A stretch of 63,941 nucleotides of DNA, the filler included, from Chiloscyllium plagiosum (taxonomy: Eukaryota): the NCBI RefSeq assembly GCF_004010195.1. It is 4 parts of 2 records of this genome, joined end to end, with 100 filler letters (N's around TTAATTAATTAA, not from the genome) between each part and the next. Parts side by side here need not be neighbours in the genome. Positions count along the whole stretch, not along the records: positions 23,650 to 51,113 come from NC_057715.1; 3 more parts are not named here. The stretch is one strand, 5' to 3'. The notes under the pieces were generated by a model. It was not told the DNA's origin. It saw only the letters and a list, made by a program, of their open reading frames with translations, and made no database searches. The translations under genes and the position numbers were made by a program. Shown here piece after piece: positions 25,040-37,925 of the stretch. Each line of letters starts with the position of its first letter. Positions within the stretch are counted from its first letter, which is position 1.

Positions 25040-25878
25040 ATTTAATTCAGATAAATGCGAGGTGCTGCACTTTGGGAAAGCAAATCTTAGCAGGCCTTGT
25101 ACACTTAATGGTAAGGTCCTAGGGAGTGTTGCTGAACAAAGAGACCTTGGAGTGCAGGTTCACAGCTCCTTGAAATGGAGTCGCAGGTAGATAGGATAGT
25201 GAAGGCGTTTGGTATGGTTTCCTATATTGGTCAGGATATGGAGTACAGGAGTTGGGAGGTCATGTTGCAGCTGTACAGGACATTTGTTAGGCCACTTTTG
25301 GAATGTTGCGTGCAATTCTGGTATCCTTCCTATCGGAAAGATGTTGCGAAACTTGAAAGGGTTCAGAAAAGGTTTACAAGATGTTGCCAGGATTGGAAGA
25401 TTGGAACTATAGGAAGAGGTTGAATAGGCTGGGGCTGTTTTTGCTGGAGCATCTGAGGCTGAGGGATGACCTTATAGAGGCTTACAAAATCATGAGGGGC
25501 ATGAATAGGATAAATAGACAAAGCCTCTTCCCTGGGTCAGGGGAGTCCAGAACAGGAGAGCATAGGTTTAGGGTGAGAGGGGAAGACAATAAAAAGAGAC
25601 CTAAGGGGCAACTTTTTCCACAGAGGGTGGTGTCATGTATGGAATGAGCTGCTAGAGGAAGTGGTGGAGGCTGGTACAATTGAGCTGCTAGAGGAAGTGG
25701 TGGAGGCTGGTACAATTGCAACATTTAAAAGGCATTTGAATGGGTGTATGAACAGGAAGGGTTTGGAAGGATATGGGCTGGGTGCTGGCAGGTGGGACTA
25801 GATTGGGTTGGGATATCTGGTCAGCATGGACAGGTTGGACCGAAGGGTCTGTTTCCATGCTGTACATCTCTATGACTA
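25040..25878 (+). mobile_element. CR1 3' fragment with a 36-bp tandem duplication (25645-25716)
   Basis: Matches 2380-2716 plus the 3' UTR; TGAGCTGCTAGAGGAAGTGGTGGAGGCTGGTACAAT occurs twice. Confidence 0.9.
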
Positions 25879-27160
25879 CCTAATTCGGAGGGCTAAAGGG
25901 ATTATTGTCACCTTTCAAATGCATTTTGTTTTCCACAATACTGTACCGGAATCTTATACACTGTTCCAACTGCCTGACCCAAAAGAGGAAGCTTCATTTC
26001 CATTACCACCTTGTCAAGACCATTCAGGATCTTACCACATTTCAATCAAGACACTTTTTACTTTTCTAAAATACAGTCGGAACAAGTCCAATCAGTCCCA
26101 TCCATCCTTTACACTACCAATCTAATAAAACTAATGCTTTTGCATCCTTCCTCTAAATTAGGTGACCAAAGCTACACAGAGTATACCAAATGTGTAACCA
26201 AAACGCAACATCCTTACTTTTATATTCATTTCCTCTCAATATAGTTAGCATTTCATGATGCTAACTATTTGCTGTACTTTTTAAAAAAAAATCATTTATG
26301 GGATGTTGGCTTTGCTGACTGGATCAGCATTTAGTCTCCATCCTGTATGCCCTTAAGAGGATGTAGTGAACTGCCATCTTGAACCACTGCAGTCCAACTG
26401 GTGTAGAATACCTGTATTGATCTGCACTTAATTTGAGATTGACAGCAAAATATTAAGTGACACTCTGCTTTCATATTCTTCCTATCAAAATGAAGAACTT
26501 GACATTATATTCCATCTGCCAAATCTTTATCCATTCAAATCACCCATCTGCAGTCTCTTGATTGCCTCTTCATAAACATTTCTAACTATCTTCGTGTCAT
26601 CTGCAAATGGAGCCCACTCATCCCTTCCTGCTAATCAGAAAAATACTTTCTTTGAAGTTCATTATTTGGAAGTTGCCTGTTGGCATGTACTTGATCAAAA
26701 AATAGACAGGACAGAAGCTTACAGGATGGTGTTGTAGTGACGGAGAGCCCACTCAGGGTCTACTCTTCTTACTGGTCTAGAGTAAAGTAGTTTCTTAAAA
26801 CACCCAGATTATGTGTGTTAACACATGATCTCTAAAACTGACTAAGTATGTGAACATGGCCTTGGCAAGTTGTCGACAGGTCAAGATGGAAAAGTTATTT
26901 CCTTAAACTGGGTGCACTGTCCAAAGTAATTGCAGGATCTATATATCCAGTAGAATACACAGAAACACTTCAGCATGAGTCGGTCATTCAGCCCCTTGAG
27001 TCTGCTTTCCCATTCTAGATTACAGCTGACTGAATTTTAAGAAAAGTCTTTCATGGGATATGGGTGTCATTGGCTAGGCCAGCATTTATTGCTTATCCTT
27101 AATTGCTCAGAAACCAATTAAGTCAACCAAATAGCTGTGGGTTCGGAGTTGCATACTGTT

Positions 27161-28671
27161 CTGGATTAGTGGTGCTGGAAAAGCACAGCAGTTCAGGTAC
27201 CACCAGAGGAGCAGTAAAATCGACGTTTCGGGCAAAAGTCCTCCTTTGGAGACCACAACTTCCCTTCCCACGTGGTTAAAGATGCCCTCCAACGCATTTC
27301 GTCCACATCCCATACCTCCGCCCTCAGACCCGATCCCTCCAACCATAACAAGGACAGAACACTCCTGGTGCTCACCTTCCATCCTACCAACCTTCGCATA
27401 AACCAAATCATCCAACAACATTTCTGCCACTTCCAAACGGATCCCGCCACCAGGGATATATTTCCCTCCCCACCCCTTTCCGTCTTGCACAAAGACCATT
27501 CTCTCAGTGACTACCTGGTCAGGTCCATGCCCCCCTACAACCCACTCTCCCGTCCTGGCACCTTCCCCTGCCACTGCAGGAATTGCAAAACCTGCACCCA
27601 CACCACCTCCCTCACCTCCATCCAAAGTTTTACCTGCACATCCACCAATATCATTTTTGTATCCGTTGCTCCCGATGCGGTATCCTCTACATTGGGGAGA
27701 CTCCAACGCATTTCGTCCACATCCCATACCTCCGCCCTCAGACCCGATCCCTCCAACCATAACAAGGACAGAACACCCCTGATGCTCACCTTCCATCCTA
27801 CCAACCTTCGCATAAACCAAATCATCCGACAACATTTCTGCCACTTCCAAACGGATCCCGCCACCAGGGATATATTTCCCTCCCCACCCCTTTCCGTCTT
27901 GCACAAAGACCATTCTCTCAGTAACTACCTGGTCAGGTCCATGCCCCCCTACAACCCACTCTCCCATCCTGGCACCTTCCCCTGCCACTGCAGGAATTGC
28001 AAAACCTGTACCCACACCTCCTCCCTCACCTCCATCCAAAGTTTTACCTGCACATCCACCAATATCATTTTTGTATCTGTTGCTCCCGATGCGGTCTCCT
28101 CTACATTGGGGAGACTGGACGCCTCCTAGCAGAGCGCAATCAACCACACCGCCCTGTGGCCCAACACTTCAACTCCCCCCTCCCACTCTGCCGAGGACAT
28201 GGTGGTCCTGGGCCTCCTTTGCCGCCGCACCCTCACCACCCGACATCTGGAGGAAGAACGCCTCATCTTCCACCTCAGAAGACTTCAACCCCAGGGCATC
28301 AATGTGGACTTCACCAGTTGCCTCATTTCCCCTTCTCCCACCTCACCCCAGTTCCAAATTTCCAGCTCAACACTGTCCCCATTACTTGTCCTACCTGCCT
28401 ATCTTCTTTTCCACCTATCCACTCCACCCTCCTCCCTGACCTATCACCTTCATCCCCTCCCCAACTCACCTACTGTACTCTATGCTACTTTCTCCCCACC
28501 CTCCTCTCATTTATCTCTCCACCCTTCAGGCACTGCCTATATTCCTGATGAAGGGCTTTTGCCCGAAACATCGATTCTCCTGCTCCTCAGATGCTGCCTG
28601 AACTGCTGTGCTTTTCCAGCACCACTAATCCAGAATCTGGTTTCCAGCATCTGCAGTCATTGCTTTTACCT
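27161..28671 (+). mobile_element. 5'-truncated Penelope-like element: inverted pseudo-LTR piece, GIY-YIG region and 3' pseudo-LTR with HHR (28545-28572)
   Basis: TFPCHCRNCKTC, CSRCGLLYIGETGR, VAQHFN and LEEERLIFHL peptides. TSD AGTT(G/A)CATACTGTT at 27147-27160 and 28672-28685 within a SINE. 27161-27238 is inverted relative to ~28555-28632. Confidence 0.93.
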
Positions 28672-30288
28672 AGTTACATACTGTTGGCCATACCAGGTTA
28701 CAATGGCAGCTAATGACATTAGTGAACCACATGGGTTTTTCTAACAATCAACAATGGTTTCAAGGTTATCATTAAATTCTTAATTCCAGATTTCAAGGAA
28801 TTCAAAATCTACCATTGACCATGGCAGATTTGAACTCCAGTCCCCAGAATATGACCTGGATGCCTGGATTACTCGCCCAGTGACAAGACCATTGGGCTAG
28901 TGCGTTCCTGCTAATTATATCAGTGAGCTCTGATTGTTCAGAGGGTGGTTCAGGAGATGGCCTATTCACAGTTGCTGAAATTGACCGTCTCTAGTCAGCC
29001 ACTTCTAGGAAGGCTGATTCTGTTCTGATGGCAGTTGGCAAGGTACAGCCATGCAAATAGTCTACCAATGTAGGAACTCCTATTTAAGTCTTTTCAAATG
29101 CTATTCAGTCTTTTTACTTATTCTGTGATTGTAGCCAACTCAATAAAAAAGTTATTTGCAACATAAAACATGTTGCATAAGTACAGGAAAATGAGGCAAA
29201 GGTTACATTGAACCATCCTTCAAGATATGAAAAGCAAAGAACTTTATTGCCATGATTTATTTGTGAAGTGGAAGAACTATTGATTTGCTTGCAAACATAT
29301 ATCAGTAACTAATTCAACAATTATTATTTTGGCAAATAAATCTTATCTAAGTTAAAATATATATTGTAATTTCCTGCTTTTGAAGTTGTATCATGCACTT
29401 TAAATTTACACCAAGTAATAATTATATTCCTGAACAAGATTTACACTCCCATTAGCTTCCTTCTTTCTAGAGTTCTACTCTTGGAATCGATCCCATTGCA
29501 CACTTTCTAATGCATGCTCTTTTCATGATGCAGTGACCAGAATCAAACATACTGTTCCAACTACCTCATCATCACCTTGTAGGTTTTTTCCAAGTCACAC
29601 TAAATGCTCTTGGAGCCATTTACATAAACTAAAACAAAAATTATGTTGGGAAACCCCAATGAAATTCACAGGAATTCACAACTAAACTTAAAGAAAGACC
29701 TGACACATATCATCAGCTTTGATCGGCTCAAGGATTAGCCTAAATACATCTGCACAAACCATGATAGTGCAGATACTTGGATAAGTAAAGAATTAAAAAT
29801 TGTCCAATATGCAGCCGCATTTATGCAAAACAAACCATGAAGCTTTAAATTATTCAACATCCGATTACAATCACAGAGGGGCCATCACAGCAATAATGCT
29901 CCAGAATTCTTGACACGTTTGCCTGGCTTAACCATACGTAAAATATAACATGTTGCTTGACTCAACATTAAATACAATGAACATCATGTCCCTTGCAGAG
30001 CTTGCTATAAGTATCACTGCATATGATGGACAAGGATACTTCTTTCCACGTAACCATTCCACCTTACAATCAGCTGATCAGTTCTCCACATTGAACTCCC
30101 ACTTGGAGGCAGCATTGACACAGAATCTACTCTGGGTGGGAGAGCTTCAATATTCATGAAGAGTGTCTCAGTAGCACCACCACTGCGAAATATTGTTATG
30201 TCCTAAAGGACCTCACCCTCACCAAACTGGCTACTGAAAGTACAATGTAGCAGAAGAAGAGAGACCACCACACTCACTCTCTCTCACC

Positions 30289-30588
30289 TGTAAGAACCTC
30301 TGTTTGAAATTACCTTTTTGTCAAGGGGTGTGTTCTCGGATGTTGCAGAAAATTTGAACAGCTCCTTGCTAAGTTGCGCTTTTGTGATAGCTGGGTTTTC
30401 AAATAGTTATGTTATTCTAAATTTGGTTTTTTTGTTCAGATGTAAATAAATTTCCTTTTGTTTAAAACAGTGGTTTGACCAGTTGCATCGCTCCTGGAAT
30501 AATCACCTTACATCTGCTTAAGACAACTAGAAAAGTTAGGTTCTGGGCTATCTTAAAATGTTTACAGGGTCTGGTCTGCTCCCTAACA
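30289..30588 (+). mobile_element. Possible solo-LTR remnant
   Basis: TGTAAG..CTAACA termini with an internal AATAAA; resemblance to LTR ends from recall only. Confidence 0.4.
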
Positions 30589-31610
30589 GTATTCACATTT
30601 AGGAAAGCACTCATCATGTTGTTTGGCTGTACCACTGTGCTAAATGGGATATATTTAAGATTTCAAATAGATCCAGCAAATCCAAACAGGGCATCCATCA
30701 GGCAGTGTGATCGATTAGCAAATCTGTACTCAAACATGATCTGAAACTTCCTGGCTTTTGGCATATCCCCCACACAAGATTACTTTCATGCTATGCGATT
30801 AATGAAGGATTGAATGAAGAGTGTGGGAGGGCAGACTAGGAGCAGCACCAGGAATATCTGAAAATGAGGTTCCAACCTTGTCAAGTTAAACAGGAAATAA
30901 TGGAAACAGCAAGTAATAGACAAAGCTAGGCAATCCCACAGCCAACAGGTCAAACCTCAGCTCTGGGCCCTTGCCAATTCTGTCCAGCATCATTTATGTC
31001 CAGGAGAAAGCGAGGATTGCAGATGCTGGAGATCAGAATTAAAATGTGTGGGGCTTAAAAAGCGCAGCAGGTCAGGCAGCATCAGACAAGCAGGAGTCAG
31101 TGTTTAATGTCTGGTCAGACAGCAAAAAGGCAATTGCAGAAGTATCCACATTTTATCAATGTGGGGAGAAAAGATCAAAAGCCCCAAATCAAGAACTTTA
31201 ACTGTGTCGTGGGATCTTTCATATCGACCTGAGGCAGATGATATATCAGTTTAACGACGCATGTGATAGTGCCTATATTCTCTCAGCGCCATATTGGAAA
31301 ACCTCTAAATATTATACTTAAGTTTCTAGAGGGGACCACTGAAGCAGCAATGTGATCCACCGAGAAACCCTGAACAAATTTAAACTGGTTATGCCTCTGT
31401 CCAAAATGAAATTTCAACAAAGAACCTTTTGACTTGTATCAGAGAACTGTTCCACTGAGCCAAGCTTACAAATCTCATCTTTCATAGTTCAATTTAATAT
31501 AAGAAGGACATCTAATACAAATATTTTTCTCTAAACAAAAGAAATTTATGGATTTTCAATTACTATTTTAAAATCTGAGTGACAGATTTTACTTCAAATT
31601 AACACTAAAG

Positions 31611-31926
31611 TGGCAACACGGTGGCTCAGTGGTGAGCACTGCAGCCTCACAGCGCCAGGGACCCAGGTTTGATTCCAGCCTCGGGCAACTGTCTGTATGG
31701 AGTTTGCACCTTCTCCCAGTTTCTGCGTGGGTTTCCTCTGGGTGCTCCCGTTTCCTCCCACAGTCCAAAGACGTGCAGGTCCAGTGATTTGGCCATGCTA
31801 AATTGCCCACAGTGTTAGGTGCATTAGTCAGAGGGAAATGGGTCTGGGTGGGTTATTCTTCAGAGGGTCGGTGTGGACTTGTTAGGCTGAAAGGCCTGTT
31901 TCCACACTGCAGGGAATCTAATCTAA
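31611..31926 (+). mobile_element. HE1-type SINE
   Basis: A/B boxes, V-domain and AATCT tail. Confidence 0.9.
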
Positions 31927-32289
31927 CCAGTGTCAGGAGTGAATTGTGCCAATTTGGCGGCCAGTAGACATAAACCAGCAAGTAGTGCTTTAGTTTATAA
32001 ACATCAGGGTAGTTGTATCTTCTCTGATTTGCAACTCATTAGATCTGCATTGTGTGCTGTAATGACCAGTTGGAGGTTTATTTAGTGTTCTCAAAAGACA
32101 ATCGTTGGTTGATTGGTTAAAACAGGTTCAGCTATCCACACATGCAGCAACAGTTCAAAGATACGGAGTGAAAATGCCACAGGTTCTAGCCCAAAAAATA
32201 ACATTGCAAAAAGGAACCATCTCTTCTGAAGGGTATTGCCACATTGTAGTGAACATGCAGGTTTATAGACCAGACTGAATAAATCTTCA

Positions 32290-33179
32290 ACCCAACCCTA
32301 GTCCCACCTGCCAACATCCGACCCATATCCCTCCAAACCCTTCCTATTCATATACCCATCCAAATGCCTCTTAAATGTTGCAATTGTACCAGCCTCCACC
32401 ACTTCCTCTGACAGCTCATTCCATACACGTACCACCCGCCGCATGAAAAAGATGGCCCTTAAGTCACTTTTATATCTTTCCCCTCTCACCCTAAACCTAT
32501 GCCCTCTAGTTCTGGACTCTCCGATCACAGGGAAAAGTCTTTGCCTATTAACCCTATCCATGCCCCTCAATTTTGTCAACCTCTAAGGTCACCCCTCAGC
32601 CTCCGACACTCCAGGGAAAACAGCCCCAGCCTATTCAGCCTCTCCCTATAGCTCAAATCCTTCAACCCTGGCAACATCCTTGTAAATCTTTTCGGAAAGA
32701 TGTTGCGAAACTTGAAAGGGTTCAGAAAAGATTTACAAGAATATTGCCAGGGGTGGAGGATTTGAGCTATAGGGAGAGGCTGAACAGGCTGGGGCTGTTT
32801 TCCCTGGAGTGTCAGAGGCTGAGGGATGACCTTAGAGGTTGACAAAATTGAGGGGCATGGATAGGGTTAATAGGCAAAGACTTTTCCCTGTGATCGGAGA
32901 GTCCAGAACTAGAGGGCATAGGTTTAGGGAGAGAGGGGAAAGATATAAAAGAGACCTAAGGGGCAACCTTTTCATGCAGAGGGTGGCATGTGGATGGAAT
33001 GAGCTGCCAGAGGATGTGGTGGAGGCTGATACAATTGCAACATTTAAGAGGAATTTGGATGGGTATATGAATAGGGTTAGGAGGGATGTGGATCGGATGC
33101 TGGCAGGTGGAACGAGATTGGGTTGGGATATCTGGTGGGACCGAAGGGTCTGTTTCCATGCTGTACATCTCTATGACTA
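32290..33179. repeat. CR1 3' end present as a ~400-bp inverted repeat with a ~31-nt spacer
   Basis: Minus arm 32290-32693 and plus arm from 32725; mirror ORFs MTKLRGMDRVNRQRLFPVIGESRTRGHRF on both strands. Confidence 0.93.
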
Positions 33180-33887
33180 TGTAAGTGATAAAAAGTAGAG
33201 GGCCCAGCACTGGGTCCACATGCTACACTTCCCACTTCTATAAACAAGAAATATAGAAAATAGCATTAGTTAGTTAAAAATTCTCCACGAACTTTTCAGT
33301 CTGAATATTAGTATAATAATCAAGAGGAGAGAAAGTTTGGCTAAGTGGCAACATTGTCATTTTAACTGCCAGTCAATGCTTAGGATCTCTCACATTTTTA
33401 TTGGCAAATGTTTACATTTCACTTGATGCTGTATGTTTTCAGATGAAATATCAACAGCTGGTCTAAAATATTTACATAAGACACGTTGCTACTCCCCACA
33501 GAACAAATGGAAATATGGACTGCTGTATCATAACGTGTGGAACACCACTTACAATGGTCATGCATTCAGCTCTTACGTAAATCTGCTCTTGTTGCTCATG
33601 GCCACACTGGAACACACAACTAAATGATAGCTCATGTACTCAGTGCCACTTATCGAGTACCCTGGTTTAAACATGTCTTAGTTTTAAATGGATTCCAATT
33701 TTCAGACTAGCAAAAGACTTCACATTTGGATGAACTTAATTAGTCATGCATTTAGGATTAAACTTATAAACACAATGAGTACAGTTAAGCAATCAAAAGG
33801 AGAGATCAATTCTTTGCCAAAACATTAAAAAAGTTTTCTACCTTTTCACTTAATTCTTACAATTAATTACAAGCAACATCTACTTAC

Positions 33888-34053
33888 TCTCTCTCCTTCT
33901 CAGAAAGCTTGTCAGTGATGTTGTCCCTAATTGTGGACCGGGATCCCTTCTGGATGATAGGATACCTGAGTGGTACTTGCAGGAAACAGGAAATCATGAG
34001 CACCAGATGGGCTGTGTAACCCAAGGCAACAGCAATGCTTCCTTCATCCTTAG
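33888..34053 (-). CDS. UVRAG: Internal coding exon (166 nt, phase 1 to phase 2) of UV radiation resistance-associated gene
   Basis: Acceptor TTCTCTCTTCTTGAAG and donor GTAAGTA. Translation (A)[54 protein letters not shown](E) closely matches recalled human [61 protein letters not shown]. Confidence 0.96.
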
Positions 34054-34243
34054 CTTCAAGAAGAGAGAACGAAAAAAACTAATCAATAGTCAAGTGAGCA
34101 CGAAAAAAACCACACATTTTCAAAAATATAGATTTACTCCTTTGTTAGGCAAAACACCTTTCAAACGTTAATTATATTTAAATGGTGCTTCATTGCATCT
34201 AAGTGGTGGGCATTAAGGGCGTGACGAGGATGGGGAAAATTAA

Positions 34244-34668
34244 GGGGTTGTGCAAGGTAGTGTCCCTACCTCTAAACCAGGAGTCCTAGGTTCAAGTCCC
34301 ACTTGCTCCAGAAGTGTGTAATGACATCTCTGCACAGGTTGATCAGAGAATATCGGAATTTGGGGGGGGGGGGGGAAAGAGAGTCAGGACTTCTCCCAAG
34401 TCCCTCAGACTTTTATGGCACATTGGTAGTATTCCTATCTCTGACCCAGAACACCCAGGTATGTCATATCATCCCTGAACTGGTTGATTAAAAATATCTG
34501 CACGTTTGAAATGAACGTTTGAGGTTATGTACTGTGCATTCCAGCCCTTTAGGGTCTCAAGGAATGGAATGGTAGCATCTCTATCTCTAGACCAGGAGGC
34601 TCAGGTTCAAGTCCCATCTGTTCCAGAGGTATGCATTAACATGTTCAAACAGGTTGATGAGAAACATC
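34244..34668 (+). repeat. Three diverged copies of a ~110-bp tRNA-like SINE unit
   Basis: GGTAG..CTCT..CCAG..GGTTCAAGTCCCA..GGTTGAT at ~34244-34352, ~34416-34499 (B box deleted) and ~34561-34668. Confidence 0.7.
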
Positions 34669-34899
34669 TTGCCATTCAGTCCTGACAAAAATAATCACAG
34701 ATTCTAACGTTGCAATTATTAAGACAGGATGCTTGTTGTACGTTGTGTGCAAAGACTGGCTCGAGTTGAGTCCTTCATCAACTGGCTTTCTTTAATAGAA
34801 CATCAAAAGCAAGAATACTTCAGATTGCATCTGTTTCCTTCGTTTTTGCACCATAGCCTAAACCAAAAGGAAGACAAAGAACAAGGAAAATTTACAGCC

Positions 34900-34983
34900 C
34901 ACCTGATGAAGGAGCGGCGCTCCGAAAGCTGGTGCTTCCAATTAAACCTATTGGACTATAACATGGTGTTGAGATTTTTAACT
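34900..34983 (+). mobile_element. Family B HHR unit with cleavage triplet mutated to CUG
   Basis: CAC-CTGATGA-A-GGAGC-GGC-GCTCC-GAAA-GC-TG-GTG. Confidence 0.75.
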
Positions 34984-35086
34984 GAAAACACCTTGTCTGA
35001 GTTCTACCAGGTGTACCTGGCTGGAAGGAGGCTGGTGCACCAAAGAAATGCCTAGCCTGCAAAGTGTCTCTCTCTCTTTTCCCCAC

Positions 35087-35417
35087 TGTTAGCAACACTG
35101 TCTCATTGCACCAGACACCTGGATTTGATTCCAGTCTCGGGCAACTGTCAGGTATTTGCACACTCTCTGTGGCTGTGGGGGTTTCCTCCAGGTGCTCAGA
35201 TTTCTTCCGATAGTCCAAAGATGTGCATGCCAGGTGAATTGGCCATGCTAAACTGCCCATAGTGTCCAGGGATGTGTAGGTTAGGTGCATTAGTCTAGGG
35301 AAAAAAAACGTAGAGTCATAGGGTAGGGGAATAGGTCTGATTGGAATACTCTTTGGAGGGTCGGTGTGGACTTGTTGGGCCAAATGGCCTGTTTCCACAC
35401 TGTAGGGATTCTATGAC
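35087..35417 (+). mobile_element. HE1-type SINE
   Basis: V-domain and tail; further plus-strand copies at ~38282-38610, ~44513-44820 and ~48683-48988. Confidence 0.85.
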
Positions 35418-37429
35418 CAGCTAGCTGGTTCCCATTCACATTTCTCTGCAAAATTCCCTTGTTGAATGGAAAAAGGCAAGCTATTACTATTGAACAGCAA
35501 GTTGCCAATACTTTTTTGCAACAGATGCTAACTTGAAACATCAGGTACAAGCAGAAATATAACAGATAAAGATTGTAATTTGGAGGAGTTGGCATGGCAG
35601 GAGTGATGGTGGGTTGCCATGGGGCAAGAGAGTTCAATGGTAGTAGTAATATTTACTAAAGGATATTTTCTCCCACAGAGATGATTTCTTACTGTCTCTA
35701 GGTTTTAAGATAAAACTTGGAAGTGTTTTTGGATATTCTATTCTTATATTATTAGATATCCCTAAATTCCTTGATGTTCTTGGATAGCTGCAAGTAACAT
35801 CATACTGGATACTACTAGATTTAGTAGTACATCTTTTGTTAGTTTATGGCACAGGAGTACAGTTATTAACTTAAACACAGTGTATTACTTGTTTTAGTAA
35901 ACAAAATCATTTTATTAGTTAACTGTCTGATTTAAGTTTTACTGTCGCAATTGAAATGAACCCCCTCTCTCAAGCAGGGAATCCTATGTCCTGTAGAAAA
36001 AAAATCATAGATCCTAAAATTATTTGGGATATTTCCATCATAGCCAATGCTGACAGAAACTAAGCAGACTATTCTTGGGAATAGTCTCTGTGGACTGGTT
36101 ATTTGAACCAGTCAGAATAAACCGTTCTAGGATTGACTGGTTTGAACTCAGTGGATAGAAATCATCAGGGAAATACTACTGATCTAAATAAGCTCTAAAT
36201 GAGTGTTAAGTACGATAAATCACTCCAGAAAGGGTGAACAGAGTGATGATTCCATCCCTCCCAAACTAACTGTCATACAAGACAGCTGTGAAACACCACT
36301 TCCACTGGCCTTTCTGGAATCAGAAACTCACTGTCCTGATGATTACCAACATTCATCCAGATTCCAAAACGGTGAGTTAAGCTTTCCATTCAATACATTA
36401 TCTTTTACACCATTGCTTAATGATAACCATGAACTATGGATTATTAAAAAGCTATTACATAACATCGTATCTGATTAAAAGTAATGATGGGATCAGTTAA
36501 TGCGGTTACATGATTGGATGAGGAAGAATGCTGGGCAGGACACCAAGAGACACCAACCTCAAACTGTACGATGGAAATTTCAATGTCTGTTTAACTTGAA
36601 ATAAAAATCTCAGTTTAATGCATCAAAAGCAGCAAATCCAACAATGCCGTATTCACATCTTGAGATGCCAATTTTGGAGCCTGCGGGTTCAAATATTGAA
36701 CTGTGACTTGAATACTTAAACAACTAACCTACAGGAAGTGTTGACCACTAAATTAACATGAGCATTAAGTGGGAAAATGCAGCCCTTTTTGGAAATAATT
36801 TAATCTACAAAAGGACAAGATGTGTTGCTATAAAATTATGATTTAGGAATCAGGCTATAATTTTATTATAATAATTAAACACAACGTAGCTCTGCAGAAA
36901 GCAAGTTCCACAAAATCAATAATAAAGCACACCAACGTGTATACGAAAAATGATGCTGTAAATCAAACACACCAATGCCAGAAATAATCTACACATGGAA
37001 AAGCGTCTGTAGAAATTGCTTCACCAAAATAAAGTATAATTCCATCTCTCGGCCTATTCGGTTTGAGTATTTGCAGCATTTTCTGCTTTTATCTTCAAAA
37101 TGTTTTGCACAAGATGATCTGTTTGGTGGAATAATTCTTGTTCAATTTTCTACAACATTCTCATTAAATGTTAGAGTTGTTTTAAACTTTTGAAAAGAAA
37201 TTGACATCACTATCCAGTTTTGAAACAGGGCTTGATAAATATTACAAATCATTTATGGAGTTAATTGAGTAACAATACTACACAGCCAATTTTAAAAAAA
37301 ACACAACACTGAGGATAAAGGAAATTGGAAAGAAACACTAACTCTTGAGAAACTCAGCAGGTAACAGGTTATAATTGGATTACAATAATTAACTACAATT
37401 TAGTTTGGCAGAATGAAAGCAGCTCTATC

Positions 37430-37925
37430 GAGCCCTGGATAGACCACACTGAGAATATTATGTTCAGTTCTGGTTGCCTCATTATAGAAAGGATGTGGAA
37501 GCTTTAGAGAGGGCATAGAGGAGATTTACCAGGATGCTGCCTCAACTGGGAGAGCATTTCTAATGAAGGTAGGTTAGGGGGCTAAGGCTTTTCTGATTGG
37601 AGCAAAGAAGGATGAGAGGTGATTTGACAGAAGTATACAAGATGATGAGAGACAGAGAGAGTAGATAGCTAGAGACCTTTTCCCCAGGGCGGAAATGGCC
37701 ATCAGGAGGAGACATAATTTTAAGGTGACTGGAGGAGGTTACACGGGAGATGTCAGAAGTAGGTGCACAGAATGCACTGCCAGCATTGGTAGTAGAGTTG
37801 GATACATTAGGGACATTTAAGTGACTCTTGGATAGGCACGTTGAAGATAGATTAGCCTGATCTTAGAGTCAGATAAAAGGTTGGCACAACATCAAGGGCC
37901 AAAGGGCCTGCACTGTTCTATGTTC
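37430..37925 (+). mobile_element. CR1 3' fragment
   Basis: Homologous to 18255-18640; TTCTATGTTCTA tail. Confidence 0.85.

Noticed and set aside
27107..28147. 346-aa Gly-rich repeat ORF
   Set aside because: Antisense shadow of the duplicated Penelope segment.
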